Positions 51,955 through 64,000 of a stretch of DNA of 64,000 nucleotides are shown here, in pieces. Origin of the DNA: Perna viridis (taxonomy: Eukaryota). The DNA lies in the NCBI GenBank assembly GCA_037379345.1, contig CM074511.1:13516001-13580000 (forward strand), written 5' to 3'. The translations under genes and the position numbers were made by a program. Within the stretch, counting starts at the first letter, position 1; each line of letters begins with the position of its first letter. Under the pieces are notes generated by a model. The model worked only from the letters and a program-made list of their open reading frames with translations. It was not told the DNA's origin and searched no databases.

Positions 51955-53110
51955 GTCAAAGAGGGTCTACAGTCATACAATAACTCTTTACTCCCGTAAT
52001 GGTATTAATTCAATGTGGATCCTGAAAAATTCGAAAGATCTTCTAGAGACCTTAAATTCAAGTTTATTATCAGAATATAATAGCATTAAAACCTATGATT
52101 TATACTTCTGTTGCCCATACTCAGTTAAAATCCCGACATATATAGTTCTTGGTAGAGGTTCTTCATATTTTGTAAAAAAACTAAATCCGAATATACAGAG
52201 GAAGATGTTTTCGAAATGCTGGAATTTTTGATCGACAACATTTTGTCCAGTGTGGTGGACGCGTTTTTCAATACACGGTCGGCAATCCAATGGGAACAAA
52301 TTGTGCTTATCTACTTGCTGACCTATTCCTTCACTCTTATGAGGCTAACTTTATACCTGATCTGATCCGAAAGAAAGAATAATTTTTGCTATATAGATGA
52401 CGTATTATCGTAAAACAATCCTAATTTCGGGGATTTGATACATCGCATCCACCCCAAAGAACTTGAGATAAAGGATACTACAGATACTATGAAATCGGCT
52501 TCATATCTTGACCTACACCTTCTCAATGGTAAAGGAAAAGTATTGACCAAACTTTACGACAAAAGTGTTGACTTTTCATTCAGAATTGTCTACTTTCCGT
52601 CCATCTGTGGCAACATCCCTACGTATTAAGTGTTCATATCACAACATATACGCTATGCCAGAGCTTACCAAAACTACGCAGACTTTGTGTATTGCGTTAG
52701 AATTCTAACAAATAGGCTTCTGGAACAGGGTTATGTTGCTACAAAATTGAAGTCATCACTAGAGAAGTTTTATGGTCGTCATCATGAACTCATGGATCGT
52801 TACGGTATATCCATCTCTGCCATGAAAACTGATTTGTTCTACGTGTCATAGTTTTCCTTCCTTTTTCGTCTACCCCGGAATTGACTTTTTATCAGCAAAT
52901 CGGCGGGTGTTTCTCGAAAAGCAGAGGACACTTACCCTACCGGTGCACCTGGTCCATGCTCCAAGTTTTTAGTGGAGTCTAAGTTGCTCATTTGCTTTTT
53001 TTACTTTGTATGTATGATTTTAGTTACTTTATGTTCTTTGTTGTGTACGTCTGTTTTCGATGTCGGATTTTTGCCCTGGATTACATTCTTTTGATAATCG
53101 CTAGAACCTG
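51955..53110 (+). mobile_element. Naiad-type Penelope-like element, 5'-truncated and frameshifted
   Basis: YSRNGINSMWILKNSKDLL...IKTYD, GNPMGTNCAYLLADLFLHSYE, YIDDV (52390-52404), IHPKELEIKDTT, ISQHIRYARA, followed by the 3' UTR. Confidence 0.85.
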
Positions 53111-53568
53111 TAGTTTACAGCTACATAAGAAAAGTCTGTATTTTCGTTATGGGACTTCGAAAGAAAATCCAGTTGGCTTGTCAATATGTTTTATTATACA
53201 GAAACAAAGAAACAAACGATCTATTATACAGTCGCAGTGTTGCTCTTCTACAAATAAAAGTCGTACATGTAACCGTATAGAATATTGTCAGTCTTTGAGA
53301 AATGATAATAAAACCGATACTTTTATTTGTTGATAGATATTCATCAAATGTTTATCAAACTCACACGACAAAAAGTCTTCCATACTTAAATTTGGAACAA
53401 TCAAATAATGTGAGCTCAAGGAAATAGAAAGAGATGATTTGATTCACAGTAACACTGGCATACACACATCATAGAAATAAATCATGAAAGCAAACGTTAA
53501 GTTGTTAATTTTTGCAGCAATCAAACAGCAAAGAAACTTCAACACACATTCCAAAAGAATGTTAAACC

Positions 53569-56500
53569 ATGGTTAAGCTAAGAGTTGTGATTACAACGCT
53601 ATATGTCTTTCTTGGCTATCATCTTGAAAGTAAGTATACATATGTGATGATTATTAAATGGAATTTCAAGGAATATTTTATATTACATGTTTTATAAATT
53701 TCATTTATATTAATACAAAAGCCGTACGGGAATGTGATTTAAAATTATTCAAAAGTCACTGATAACTTTTACGAAAATATAAAGCGGAGCAGCAGAAAAC
53801 TTTTCAAATTCAGCCGCAGAACTTTAATTTCTAGCAAAAATTACAATGCATGTTTTCTCACCTGTATTTTCTCATAAATTAATGCACTTTTAAGTATTGT
53901 AAACCTTTTTTTGCGGATACCCTTTTTTCGCGTTTCAGGATATAAGTAAATTCAATTTTGATATAATTCATTTTCGCGACGAACACACTCTCACATTTTC
54001 CAAACGGTGGGACTCTTTTGCATCGATTTCATATTGCAATATTTTCTTGCTAGGAAAATGAATGGAATAATTTTTTTTACATAATAAAATAAATTGATTA
54101 AATACAAAGGTTCTATTGATGGTATAACAATAGGAAAATGTTAAAAAGGGTAGGACATTTTTCGGGCAGCTTATGTAAGCTATTTGATTTTTAATGGTAT
54201 GAAATCCAATCTGATGAATGCAATAATACAGACAATAGCTGTTTTTTATCAAATGTTTTCTTTTGAATAAAAATTAGATGCTGTAGGATTGGACCGAGTT
54301 TGTACAAACGACATAACCTGTATATATCCAGGTTCCTTGGCAAAAGGTACATCGTTTTAGATATTCATCAAAACCTGCAAGAAATAATACATTTAAAAAC
54401 ATGTAATCATATTATCAAAGAAAACCATTAAGAAAGATATAAATTTACTGAAAAGCGGATAATCACATATACAAAAGTACTCTGACTTACAATTCAGTAA
54501 ATATGTCTAAATCTAAAACAAATAAGACACATAAAAACAATATTTATGTGTCCATATGTACAGCAATAAATTTGAATTTTTCCAGCCTGCTTTTGTGGAT
54601 GCCCAATCGCTACTGTTAACAGAGATTTCCTGAAAGTAAATTTTACGGCATGTGCAGATGTATTGAGGGAATGTCCTTTCTATGAACTTTGGTTGCATAT
54701 TCAGTTTCTGAACGAGGAAGGAGAATACATATCATCCAACAATATCTATCTGAAAGACACCCTCAATAAAACCTACCAGGTTTGAATATTCTGAAGAATC
54801 ATGATTTGATTGATTACCGTTAAAGCTAAAGTTTTCTATTAAAATAAAATAAACATTACAAGACGATGAAAGTAATGGTTCCTTATTATCAGAAACTTTC
54901 TACATATATTACATGTTTTGCATACGATTAACAAACGATTTTTTAATTTATGTTAATGTGGTAAATTAGTAAATAAAAAAACCCCATATTTTTAGATCAC
55001 CTGGTCAAAGGCTATGTGAGCTATTGCCATCACTTGGCGTCCGTCGTCGTCGTCGTCGTTAACAATTATACAAAACTCTTCTCCCCTGAAACTACTTGAC
55101 TGATTAGAACTTAACTTGGTATAAATGGTTTCTGGGGGTATCATGCATAGAACTGATGTGGGGATTTTGGATTCGTTGAAAAAACATTGCAGCCGTTACT
55201 AAAAATAGAACAGAGGGGTCAGACAGTAGTTTTTCACATATATCTCCAAAACCGTTAGGTTTAACTAAATTCTGACATGATTAAAAGTGTTCAGCATGAT
55301 AAGATCTATCTCGGGTCAAATTTTGGTTTTAATCCGTTAAGCCATGTTGGAGTTATTGCCCTTTTTCAACGATTCTTGCTATTTTTAATGATATTTCTTT
55401 CAAAAATCCTCTCCTCTGACATTATTTGATTAATTGGAAGCAAACATGATACGAATGTTCCATGGTATATCCTGCATAGAACTGATGTGGGTATTTTTGA
55501 CCTGTCAAAAACATGACAGCCGTTACTTAAAATAGAACATACAGTGTAGGGGTCAGACAGTATTTTTTTGCATATATCTCCAAAATCGTTAGGTTTAGCC
55601 AAATTCTTTCAATAGCTGAAATGATCCTTATTATAAGGACTACAAAAGTCTTCAGGGATAAAATTTGTCAGATGAGGTCTCACTAACCACTTCTAAAGTT
55701 TCTATTACTTTACATGTTAAAAAAAATAATTTTCAATGTTTCACTGTGAATTCTTAAGACAAATGACACCTGAAAGTTGCATACCATTGCGAAGCTTGGA
55801 AAAGAAGGCTTCCAAAATCATTATTCTAATGGTATGATGACCTTAGAAATTCTTCAAAAAAAATTACTTTTTTTAACTGACAGCATGGAGGCAAATCACT
55901 CACACATGTAAACAAAATTGTTGGACAACTTCTTGTTAAATTTATCGCCTTTGAAAGGCAATATTCAAACAGGCGGACGATTCAGACTCCTGGAAAACAA
56001 ATGTTGGTTTCAAACATTAAATAATTCTTACATGCATCTGATGGTATATTGTTTGTTTAGATTTTTTCGCTGTCTGAAGTGACCAATAAATTTTCCGCTG
56101 ATGATCCATTGTATACACACCAGCACGGCCTACAATTGGCATTTGAAAAGAAATATACAGTTTTAGTAAGTAAAAAAAAAATTATATTCTGAATTGAATA
56201 AAACAAACTATGATCAATGTTGTTATTGTATTGAAATAAATCAAAATAATAAAAAAAAAATAGTAATTCAATTTGAAAAGACTTTTACATCAGTGTTTTA
56301 ATTATCAGGGATATGCTTTTAGAATAAAGAAAGGAATATATATTTTTACCAATGTCTTTGGTTTTGAAAGGTAATCAATAACAATCGTTAACTGTCGACA
56401 AAATAATAACATGTTTTAGATCCACTTTTTTATTTTTATTACTGATGTCACGGGATCTTAATTTTCTATATACATCTTAAAGGGGACTTAAGTACTTATC

Positions 56501-59343
56501 TAAGAATCTTTCATATGACTGATTGAAATGATACGTTTTGATTAATAAAGGGCACGTACTTAACACTAAGTTAATTCCATTGCAGTACATTTTATAATTA
56601 AAAAAATTAATTGTTACAAATATGTCATTATCATTTATAGCATGTATTTTGACGTCACATGAAATCACATGTTCCACGCAGCGGCGGACGTTTGTTTCTC
56701 TCTTACTAACCGCTGTAGACAGGCCTTTCGAAATTCTCGGGCATTATTCAAATCATATGTCGTTTGTCATTCGGAAAACGTCGCGTAAAATCATTCGCTT
56801 TTTCCCCGACTTTCCAAGATTTTTGCATTTTCTGAGAAAGCTGGCGGCAGGTCTACAATGAATTTCGAACGTTCGAAGCTGTTGGGAGCTTGATAAAATC
56901 TACGTTGAGTGTCTAACGCAGGGATAACTTGATATTACATTTTAAAGTTAATATATATCTTCATTAAGAAAACGTTCAATTGTAAATCACGTTTAAGCCA
57001 AAATTGTATTATTTTATGAAGACTAAAAGTTTGAAGCATACGTTGCTGTACTTTTTAAAATTTAAAGATTTTTTAATATTAGAATTTCATTTTATAATAT
57101 TAAAAATTCATTTTCTAATATTACAAATGCCTGCTTTAGTAATGTTATAAAATATCACACATTTTGTAATATTACAAATTGATTTTGTAATATTAGAAAA
57201 TGAATTTGTAATTTGTAAGAAAATCAGTCACATTTTTTTAATATTACAAAATGATTTTCTAATATTAAAAAATCGCAACTGTTTACGACAAATCCATTTT
57301 CAAATATTAGAAAATCAATTTCTTATATTAAAAAATCTTTTTTTTAATATTAGAAATTCAATTGAATTTTTAATATGAAAAAAAGTGTTTTGTGATATTA
57401 GAAATTTAATTTGTGATATTCGAAAATGAATTTGTAATATTAAAAAATCTTTTTTTTAAATATTAAAAAACACTTATTTTCTAATATTACAAATTCATTT
57501 TCTAATTTTACTAAAAATATCATCACTGATGCCAAGAACACTAGGCGTTTTTCGGCGCTCGTTATAATATTGTGGTTAATTTACTACTTTCAATTAATTA
57601 CACTATTACAATTTCAGACGCTGTGACATGACAATCGATTAAGAATATGTTACACTTTTTATTCTTTTATGAAATCCATATTTCATTTTGCCAAAGTCGG
57701 ATGTGAAGTCGTAATAAAATAACAATTTATCTGATAAACCAATCTCACGGGTTCTTCCACTGGTTTCCTTCTTTTCTACGATATACACTACAAGTTTGAA
57801 TACAGAAATTGTATTTGGTTAGTAGTGTGGTAGAGGTGTAAACCTCGCACAGTAAAAAGTATAGAATATCATTTTTGGTATGTATGTGGCTTCGGAATAT
57901 ATTACATCATACTTCCCATATGCATTTTGCACGGGTATTATTTTGATTTGAGATGACGCTAAAGACATTATATATTTTCGACAAACATGAACAATGCAAT
58001 TTGAATAATATTGTTTCTTAATTAAAGGTACCCTTAAGTATCGATTGACAGCGCATTATAATAAAATAACACTATAACAATAAAGTTAGAAAAAGATAGC
58101 ACTAATTGATACTTTTACCTGTTTCAATGCACACTTTTTGAAGAAAATATTGTTTTAAATGACTTAAAGCACTGTTCTCCTGTTTTACTTTTTAATGAAA
58201 CCCACTGATATATTTACACATATTTACAACAGCCGATCAAATAAAGACGTGACGCTGCAAATCGATCTGACGAATCTGCCCATGTGCAAATTTTTGACAT
58301 TTCTGAATAAAACCCGTCGATATATATACACAGATCGTACTACATAGGGCCACAAAAACCGGGTAATAAGGTGGTAAACAAACTTCTATGTTGAATTTTA
58401 TTTGCGTTTTAATAGCTTTGTCAACATTTTTAAAAACATAAATCATGCCTGTGCTTTTGTAAGCGAGACCTTCTTATCAGCAGAAAAAAATATAAATAAA
58501 ATGCTGGTACCTCCGCGATACACTCTTTCCATGTCGATAAGAAGATCTGAACAATAGTTATGCAAGATAAAGGGGGTATAAAATGGTGGTCATAATCTCC
58601 ATATTTTTGACTGGATTTTCATCAAACAGTCTTTGAATCACATATATTGAATTATTGTAAATAGTTTACTTGTAACGGTAATAATAAAAAATGTCAAATT
58701 CATATTTCAGATTCAACCGCATTGTACAATATGTGACGAGTCGTGCAACTTCATGGAAGATACCGGTGTGTATATAATATAACAGTTCCTTCATTACATG
58801 ATACATATGTTTTGAAATGCTCTTACCTATGCATTTATTGTAGTATGGGCCCAAAAACATTATTAAAACCAACCAAAAAGTTAACAGTTGCATTTGTATT
58901 TTTACAGACAATCGAAAGTATGCTTTTGGTTAGTTGTCAAAGAGTAATCAAGGGAACCAAGACTCAAACAACACATGCAATAAAAAGGTCTTTATACGTT
59001 GAAAATCAATAATTGCAAATAGTCCTATATATTAATCAGATGCTGACTTAAATATTGACAAAGTAACATGATTCTTTACAAACCTTTTACAGAAATACCT
59101 GCAGTGAAATATAAGGAGCTAACCCAGAACATTGATCCCACTGGAAGCAAATACCCTTTGATTTTCATATTAACAGTTTGTTTTGTGTTGGCCTTATCAG
59201 TATTAGGACTATTTTCCTGCAGAAGGAGGAGGATGAAAAGATCCAGTGAACCTCACATTTGTAAAGAGCTACATCCAATTAACGTGAATAGAGATATTCT
59301 GACCCTAACGAACGTTACTATAAACAGCACACATGAAGTCTAA
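53569..59343 (+). CDS. Uncharacterised Cys-rich single-pass type I membrane protein, 6 exons, 244 aa
   Basis: Phase-consistent GT-AG exons 53569-53629, 54278-54346, 54586-54779, 56061-56165, 58711-58765, 59093-59343 (735 nt, open throughout). Signal-peptide-like N-terminus MVKLRVVITTLYVFLGYHLENAVG, 10-Cys ectodomain, TM LIFILTVCFVLALSVLGLFSC, stop-transfer RRRR. Confidence 0.75.
54989..55995 (+). mobile_element. Helitron/HINE-like element, same family as 41686-42738
   Basis: TTTTTAGATCACCTGGTCAAAGG..TGTGAGCTATTGCC, (GTC)n microsatellite, two ~330-bp repeats and a decayed end caggcggacgattcagactcctgg. Confidence 0.78.
57068..57510. repeat. AT-rich array of ~21-bp units with palindromic TAATATTA cores
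   Basis: Repeated ttt.taatatta.aaa units; probably the interior of a foldback DNA element. Confidence 0.75.
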
Positions 59344-60675
59344 AAACTCTACATTTGTTCATGGAATACCCTTTAGCCACTAAAGACACTAATGGTTTTT
59401 TTTTAATAGAACAAGAATAAAGGTAGCAAATTAAGAGCATTGTTCTATCATGTGTATCAGATGCTTAAAGAAAATTTAATAGTTTGTTCTTATCAAGTTT
59501 ACAGTGTGACGTTATCCAATTGACATTAGGCTTTGTTTTATTTCGTGGGACATATTTTTATTCCTTGGAAAAGAGTATTACTATTTTTTTTTCTGTGAGA
59601 TAGAACTATGATATCTGTTTATCTTAAGAGCTAAACTGAGACCAGGGTATCCAATTACATACGAAACAAAATAACTTATACATTGTACTTTTCTAAATGT
59701 CGTTCAATGTGTTTTTCTCTTTTTCTGATCCGGGTAATATCAAGGACAAGGAAGTTCTACAGATAACTAAAAGGAAATAATGATCGAACTGAATAATAAA
59801 AATCCTTTTGATTAGCTTGGCGGCTCCACAAATCAGTTTACAAATCAACATTATGTTTAAGACTGAAAATAAAATCAAGAAGAGAGAAACACAACATTGT
59901 CAACAAGATGTTGTCCTGGTGGGTATTGTCACTCCAACACGAGTTCTTGATTTCGACCGTACTCTTTTAGTAACAAGTCTATACATGTGAAAACATCTCA
60001 ATGTTCCAATGGATCATTTGTGTAAGATGTTCAGTATTGCACAAAATACAGGTGGCTTCGACATGCCATAATCTAAAATATTAATTTTTGTGTAGATGGA
60101 TAATCATTTGTCTATTGATTTTTATCGTTTTGTCGAAGTAAGAATTCAAAATGTTATGTTCGAAGATAGGTAGTCAATACTAGTGTCACACTAATAATTA
60201 ATTAATTAAATCTAAACTACCAGTCGTTTTTTTTTTCTACAAAATAATGCCTTATATACTGGATTAAGTTGATAACAAACGGGATTATCGAAAATGTGCA
60301 CATATTTACAATGGAATCACTGGGTTTTTTGTTCCATTTGAAGAAGAAAAAACCTGTTTGAAGAAAAAGGCTTATTTCTATTCTTACGAATGGAATGAAA
60401 CACTTGGCTTATCGAATGAACAGAATTTACTGTCACAAAAAAAGGAATGATTTAGAATTTGGCAGTTTTAAGCAATACCATACGTAATTTTATGTACCAA
60501 ATAATACCAGATTATAGTTATCATTTTATAACTTTAGATGTAGTTCTTGATTTTTGTTTGCGTTGATCCACAATGAAGACAATGTATATTGTCCACCCCC
60601 CAATTTTTGGCATACACTTGTTTCAACATAGTAGGAATATAAAGAAAGTTTGACAATGGAATACCATTAGATAGT

Positions 60676-60940
60676 AAGAGTAATCAAACAAACCAAGGTC
60701 ATAGCGGTAATCAAAAGAATGTATTCCAGGGACAAAGACCAGACATGGAAAACAGACATACACAGCAAAGAACATTAAGTCACTAAAATCATACATACAA
60801 AGTAACAAAAGTAAATGAGCAAATCGGACCCCACTAAAAACTCAGTTCCACGAGTTCATGATGACGACCATAAAACTTCTGTAGTGATGACTTCAATCTT
60901 GTAGCAACATAATCCTGTTCCAGAAGCCTATTAGTTAGGA
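60676..60940 (-). mobile_element. Naiad-type Penelope-like fragment (RT tail joined to 3' UTR, internal deletion)
   Basis: aagagtaatcaa...ccactaaaaact joined to ccacgagttcatgatgacgaccataaaacttctg; matches the 50356-50780 copy. Confidence 0.85.
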
Positions 60941-62361
60941 TATCAACAAAATTATGGAACACTAATCTGATTCATAATCAAGATTAGTCCGAAATATATC
61001 TTGCAAAATAGATATTACACCACCGGAACAGCTGGTACCGCAATGGTCCAGGTACAGGCACTTCAGACGAAATAAAATTAGACACTACAGAAATAACGTA
61101 CAATTTACCACCAATTTTGCTAGTCTGATTTTGTTTCTATTCGAGAGATAAGATGTGTAATTAATTATGATCGCTTTCACCGGTATATCAAACTTAGTAT
61201 TATCAGTTCACATGCAAATCAGTTCACATATACAATCAACATCACATGCTTCTATTTTTATTCAGAACTTATTGTTTATTTCTTTTACTTTAACAATAAA
61301 TGGATACGGGGAAACTGTTTAAGAATGATGTTGTATTTGTTATATTAGAACTGTTTCAACCATCCCACCAGGAGTTCAATTCATACATCTTAAATCATTA
61401 TTTCATTAAACTTTATAGTTAAGAACACCAATAAACTGGTCATACACATCAAAGTCGATGAAAGAGATTATTACAAACCTAAACAACACATTTACATACC
61501 CCTTAACCTTTGAACAACAAGTCACTTATAATATTAACTTCGAATTACAGAGAAGCTTTTTTAGGTTGATGTCCACAAATCGAGTGTTCAATTATCACAT
61601 ATAAACCTTCTCCGTTGACAACATTGAGTGGATTGCAACAAATTTGATCATAAGTATTACTTTTTGATTTTTTTCGATTATTCTGACGCGACAACAAACA
61701 TAATACCAGTCTTTATCATTGCAAATTGAAGTCAGTTACAGTTTCCCAAATTAAAAACAACTCAATTATTAATGAGGTAACAGTAAACTTGCAAAATCTA
61801 AAAACAATTTTCCTAAAATAACATATAATTGACATACGAGTACCCCATATCAAAGTCTATGCAAATGGCAAAGATAGTCGATATACTTGAATGTGAAATG
61901 GAAAAGTAGATCCAAATATATCTTTTCCATGCTCATATTTTATATCTGTTCTAACCAAACAATCAGAATAGCCGGTAGTAAGACAGTTCTAAAGGTTGCA
62001 TAGAACAGAAACCAACTCTTCTGACAGTACTGCCAGAGCCGGTCGAAAACTGTTCCCGTATATTCAACTCTACGAGAACTGCCCAACAAAATGATGAACT
62101 GTACGATCGTTTGTACCACAATATCCGTATAACTAACTTGTTTCACACTTTATCAATTTGTTGTAACAATTTACAAAACAAATTCGTTTATTTGTAATAA
62201 CAATTAGCTGACTTGTTATTCACATACAACTAACTTGTTGAATAAGCGATTTGGAGAGTTCAAGGAAAATTTAATTAACATAATCAATACTTGAATTTTA
62301 GTTTTCTTTAAAAGGAACAGTAAGACATTTTTTATCTAATAAAACTGACGCTTAAACTGTG

Positions 62362-63255
62362 ATGAAGATGAAACTTGCCGTTGCAATTTTAATGATAGAA
62401 AATATGAAGTTGTTTATAATAGGACTGAAAAGAGAGAACTTCTATTCAGTAAACACCAATGTCAAGTTATCACAGATGGAAACATATTCAAAGGGGTCTA
62501 TGTCCTTATTAGCATGTACAGGCAAATGTTTATCGTTAGAAGAAAAATGCTGCGAAGTGACATACAACGAATTCACTAATGAGTGCAGGATTGGAAACAA
62601 CAGCTGCTGCAATTATTCCACAGAATTTTCTTATGGATCGTTTGTCTTAGAAAGGGTCAGAATATTCAGAGGTAAGTAGATGGATTATAGAGTGTTTTCT
62701 TTACTTAAAATTGAACTTCTTGTCAAACAAACCTTCACTTGTGGACGTTCCCTTCAGTTCATGCTTCACCTGATTTGGCAGCCTTCATTTAAAAAAAATA
62801 AGTTTACAGAATTATTTTTTGTTATCAAGCAACTTCGATAATCCAGAAACTGATAATACAAATATGAAAAAAGGTCTACATCGACATCAACTACTTAAAT
62901 TAAAAAACCCAAAGTATTCAAAATGAAATGTAAGAATTCTTTAACCAGATAAAGTAAAGCTATTGAAAATTAAAATAAGAAACCATAGATACAATATAAT
63001 ACAAAACATAGATACAATATAATAAAAAAGTATCAGAAAATTCGATCCATTAAAATTCAAACATTTGAGAATTATATATTCGTGGCAATTATATTCCAAC
63101 GAAATGAAGATACCTGGTGGATACGTATATGAATACATGTATTTATTCAAGATTCGGTACAACCTTTGGTTGTTTCAAATGGTATAAATCTTGGAGATTG
63201 GACCGAACCAGAGTACTGCACTAAAGGGCAGTATGCCATAGGATATAAAATATGG
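62362..63255 (+). CDS. PAN/apple-like domain + vitelline membrane outer layer protein 1 (VMO1)-like domain protein; first two exons, 3' part beyond the window
   Basis: Exon 62362-62671 (SLLACTGKCLSLEEKCCEVTYNEFTNECRI, a CxxxC...C..Y....C pattern) splices in phase 1 to 63152-63255: DSVQPLVVSNGINLGDWTEPEYCTKGQYAIGYKIW, matching the VMO-I start (V.NG..WG.W...E.C..G.FA.GF). Both donors are GTAAGT. Confidence 0.75.
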
Positions 63256-63749
63256 GTAAGTTTCAAGATTGTTTTGAATTAATGGTTAGAATATTTGATA
63301 GAAACAACTTAGTGTAATTTAAGCTATATCCAAAAATATATTATTTGAAATGGAGAATATTGTACAATAACGATGATGCATTAATCATTTCATAAATATT
63401 GAAATATTTGTTTATTACCGTTGATACAAATAGTCAGAAACGGAATTGTCTTCCCTTCAGTGATAGAAAACACAAACCACAGCTAATAAAGACTCACAAT
63501 AAAACAATTGTTCAATAAAATGTTACATCGGTTTTTGTTTAAAAACTTCTCCTGGTAACAACCCCCTCATCATTGTGTATAATACAAACAATCTGTAAAG
63601 GGAATTATATACTCATGATTAAGTGGATAGCCGCACGTCAACACCGCTGCGACGTGTAATTTATTATAACATATAATACATAATATATTCCAAATGAAAC
63701 ACTTAGCCACATACGGTTAAAAAACATACAAAATTTTATCGAACCGATC

Positions 63750-63813
63750 GTCTGAATATAGCTGAAATATTGCTGCTCGGACGTTAAACCCCAACAAACA
63801 AACAAACAAACAA
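63750..63813 (+). mobile_element. SINE 3' tail with (CAAA)n
   Basis: atatagctgaaatattgctg...cgttaaaccccaacaaacaaacaaac resembles bivalve SINE termini. Confidence 0.6.
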
Positions 63814-64000
63814 TCGAACCGATCAGTAGGATGTAGTCGTGCTGAATGAATAATATACACGAAAGCCTGCCGAAAACCCAAAATATTTTGAGCGGGAAAA
63901 TATAAGAAGGATAAGACCATAACAACCACACCTACAGAAATGATGCACATATGATGAAGAAATTAATTTCATTTTAACTCAATACTTCAACCGAATGAAA

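Noticed and set aside
54274-54376. Minus-strand exon-like frame GFDEYLKRCTFCQG...
   Set aside because: It is the antisense shadow of exon 2 of the plus-strand membrane-protein gene; no consistent minus-strand model was found.

Overview
AT-rich, intron-containing animal genomic DNA. The repeat families suggest a bivalve mollusc, probably a mytilid (inference). Four protein-coding genes can be rebuilt by hand with phase-consistent GT-AG exons. (1) A vertebrate-type SFMBT Polycomb-group gene (4 MBT + SLED + SAM; 15 coding exons, minus strand, about 1236 aa, with a ~400 aa acidic N-terminal extension). (2) STIMATE/TMEM110 (7 exons, plus strand, 285 aa), divergent from SFMBT; the same two genes are neighbours in human. 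(3) A 6-exon, 244 aa Cys-rich type I membrane protein that the ORF track mostly misses. Its juxtamembrane motif recalls IL-17 receptor ectodomains, but it has no SEFIR/TIR tail. (4) The 5' part of a PAN/apple-like + VMO1-domain gene running off the window end. The rest is transposon-rich: a decayed BEL/Pao LTR element interrupted by a Penelope-like element with inverted pseudo-LTRs and a hammerhead-like motif, many Naiad-type Penelope-like fragments with a structured 3' motif, a CR1-like LINE fragment, a hAT remnant, Helitron/HINE-like elements, SINEs and several MITEs. All calls come from manual reading; no database searches were run.
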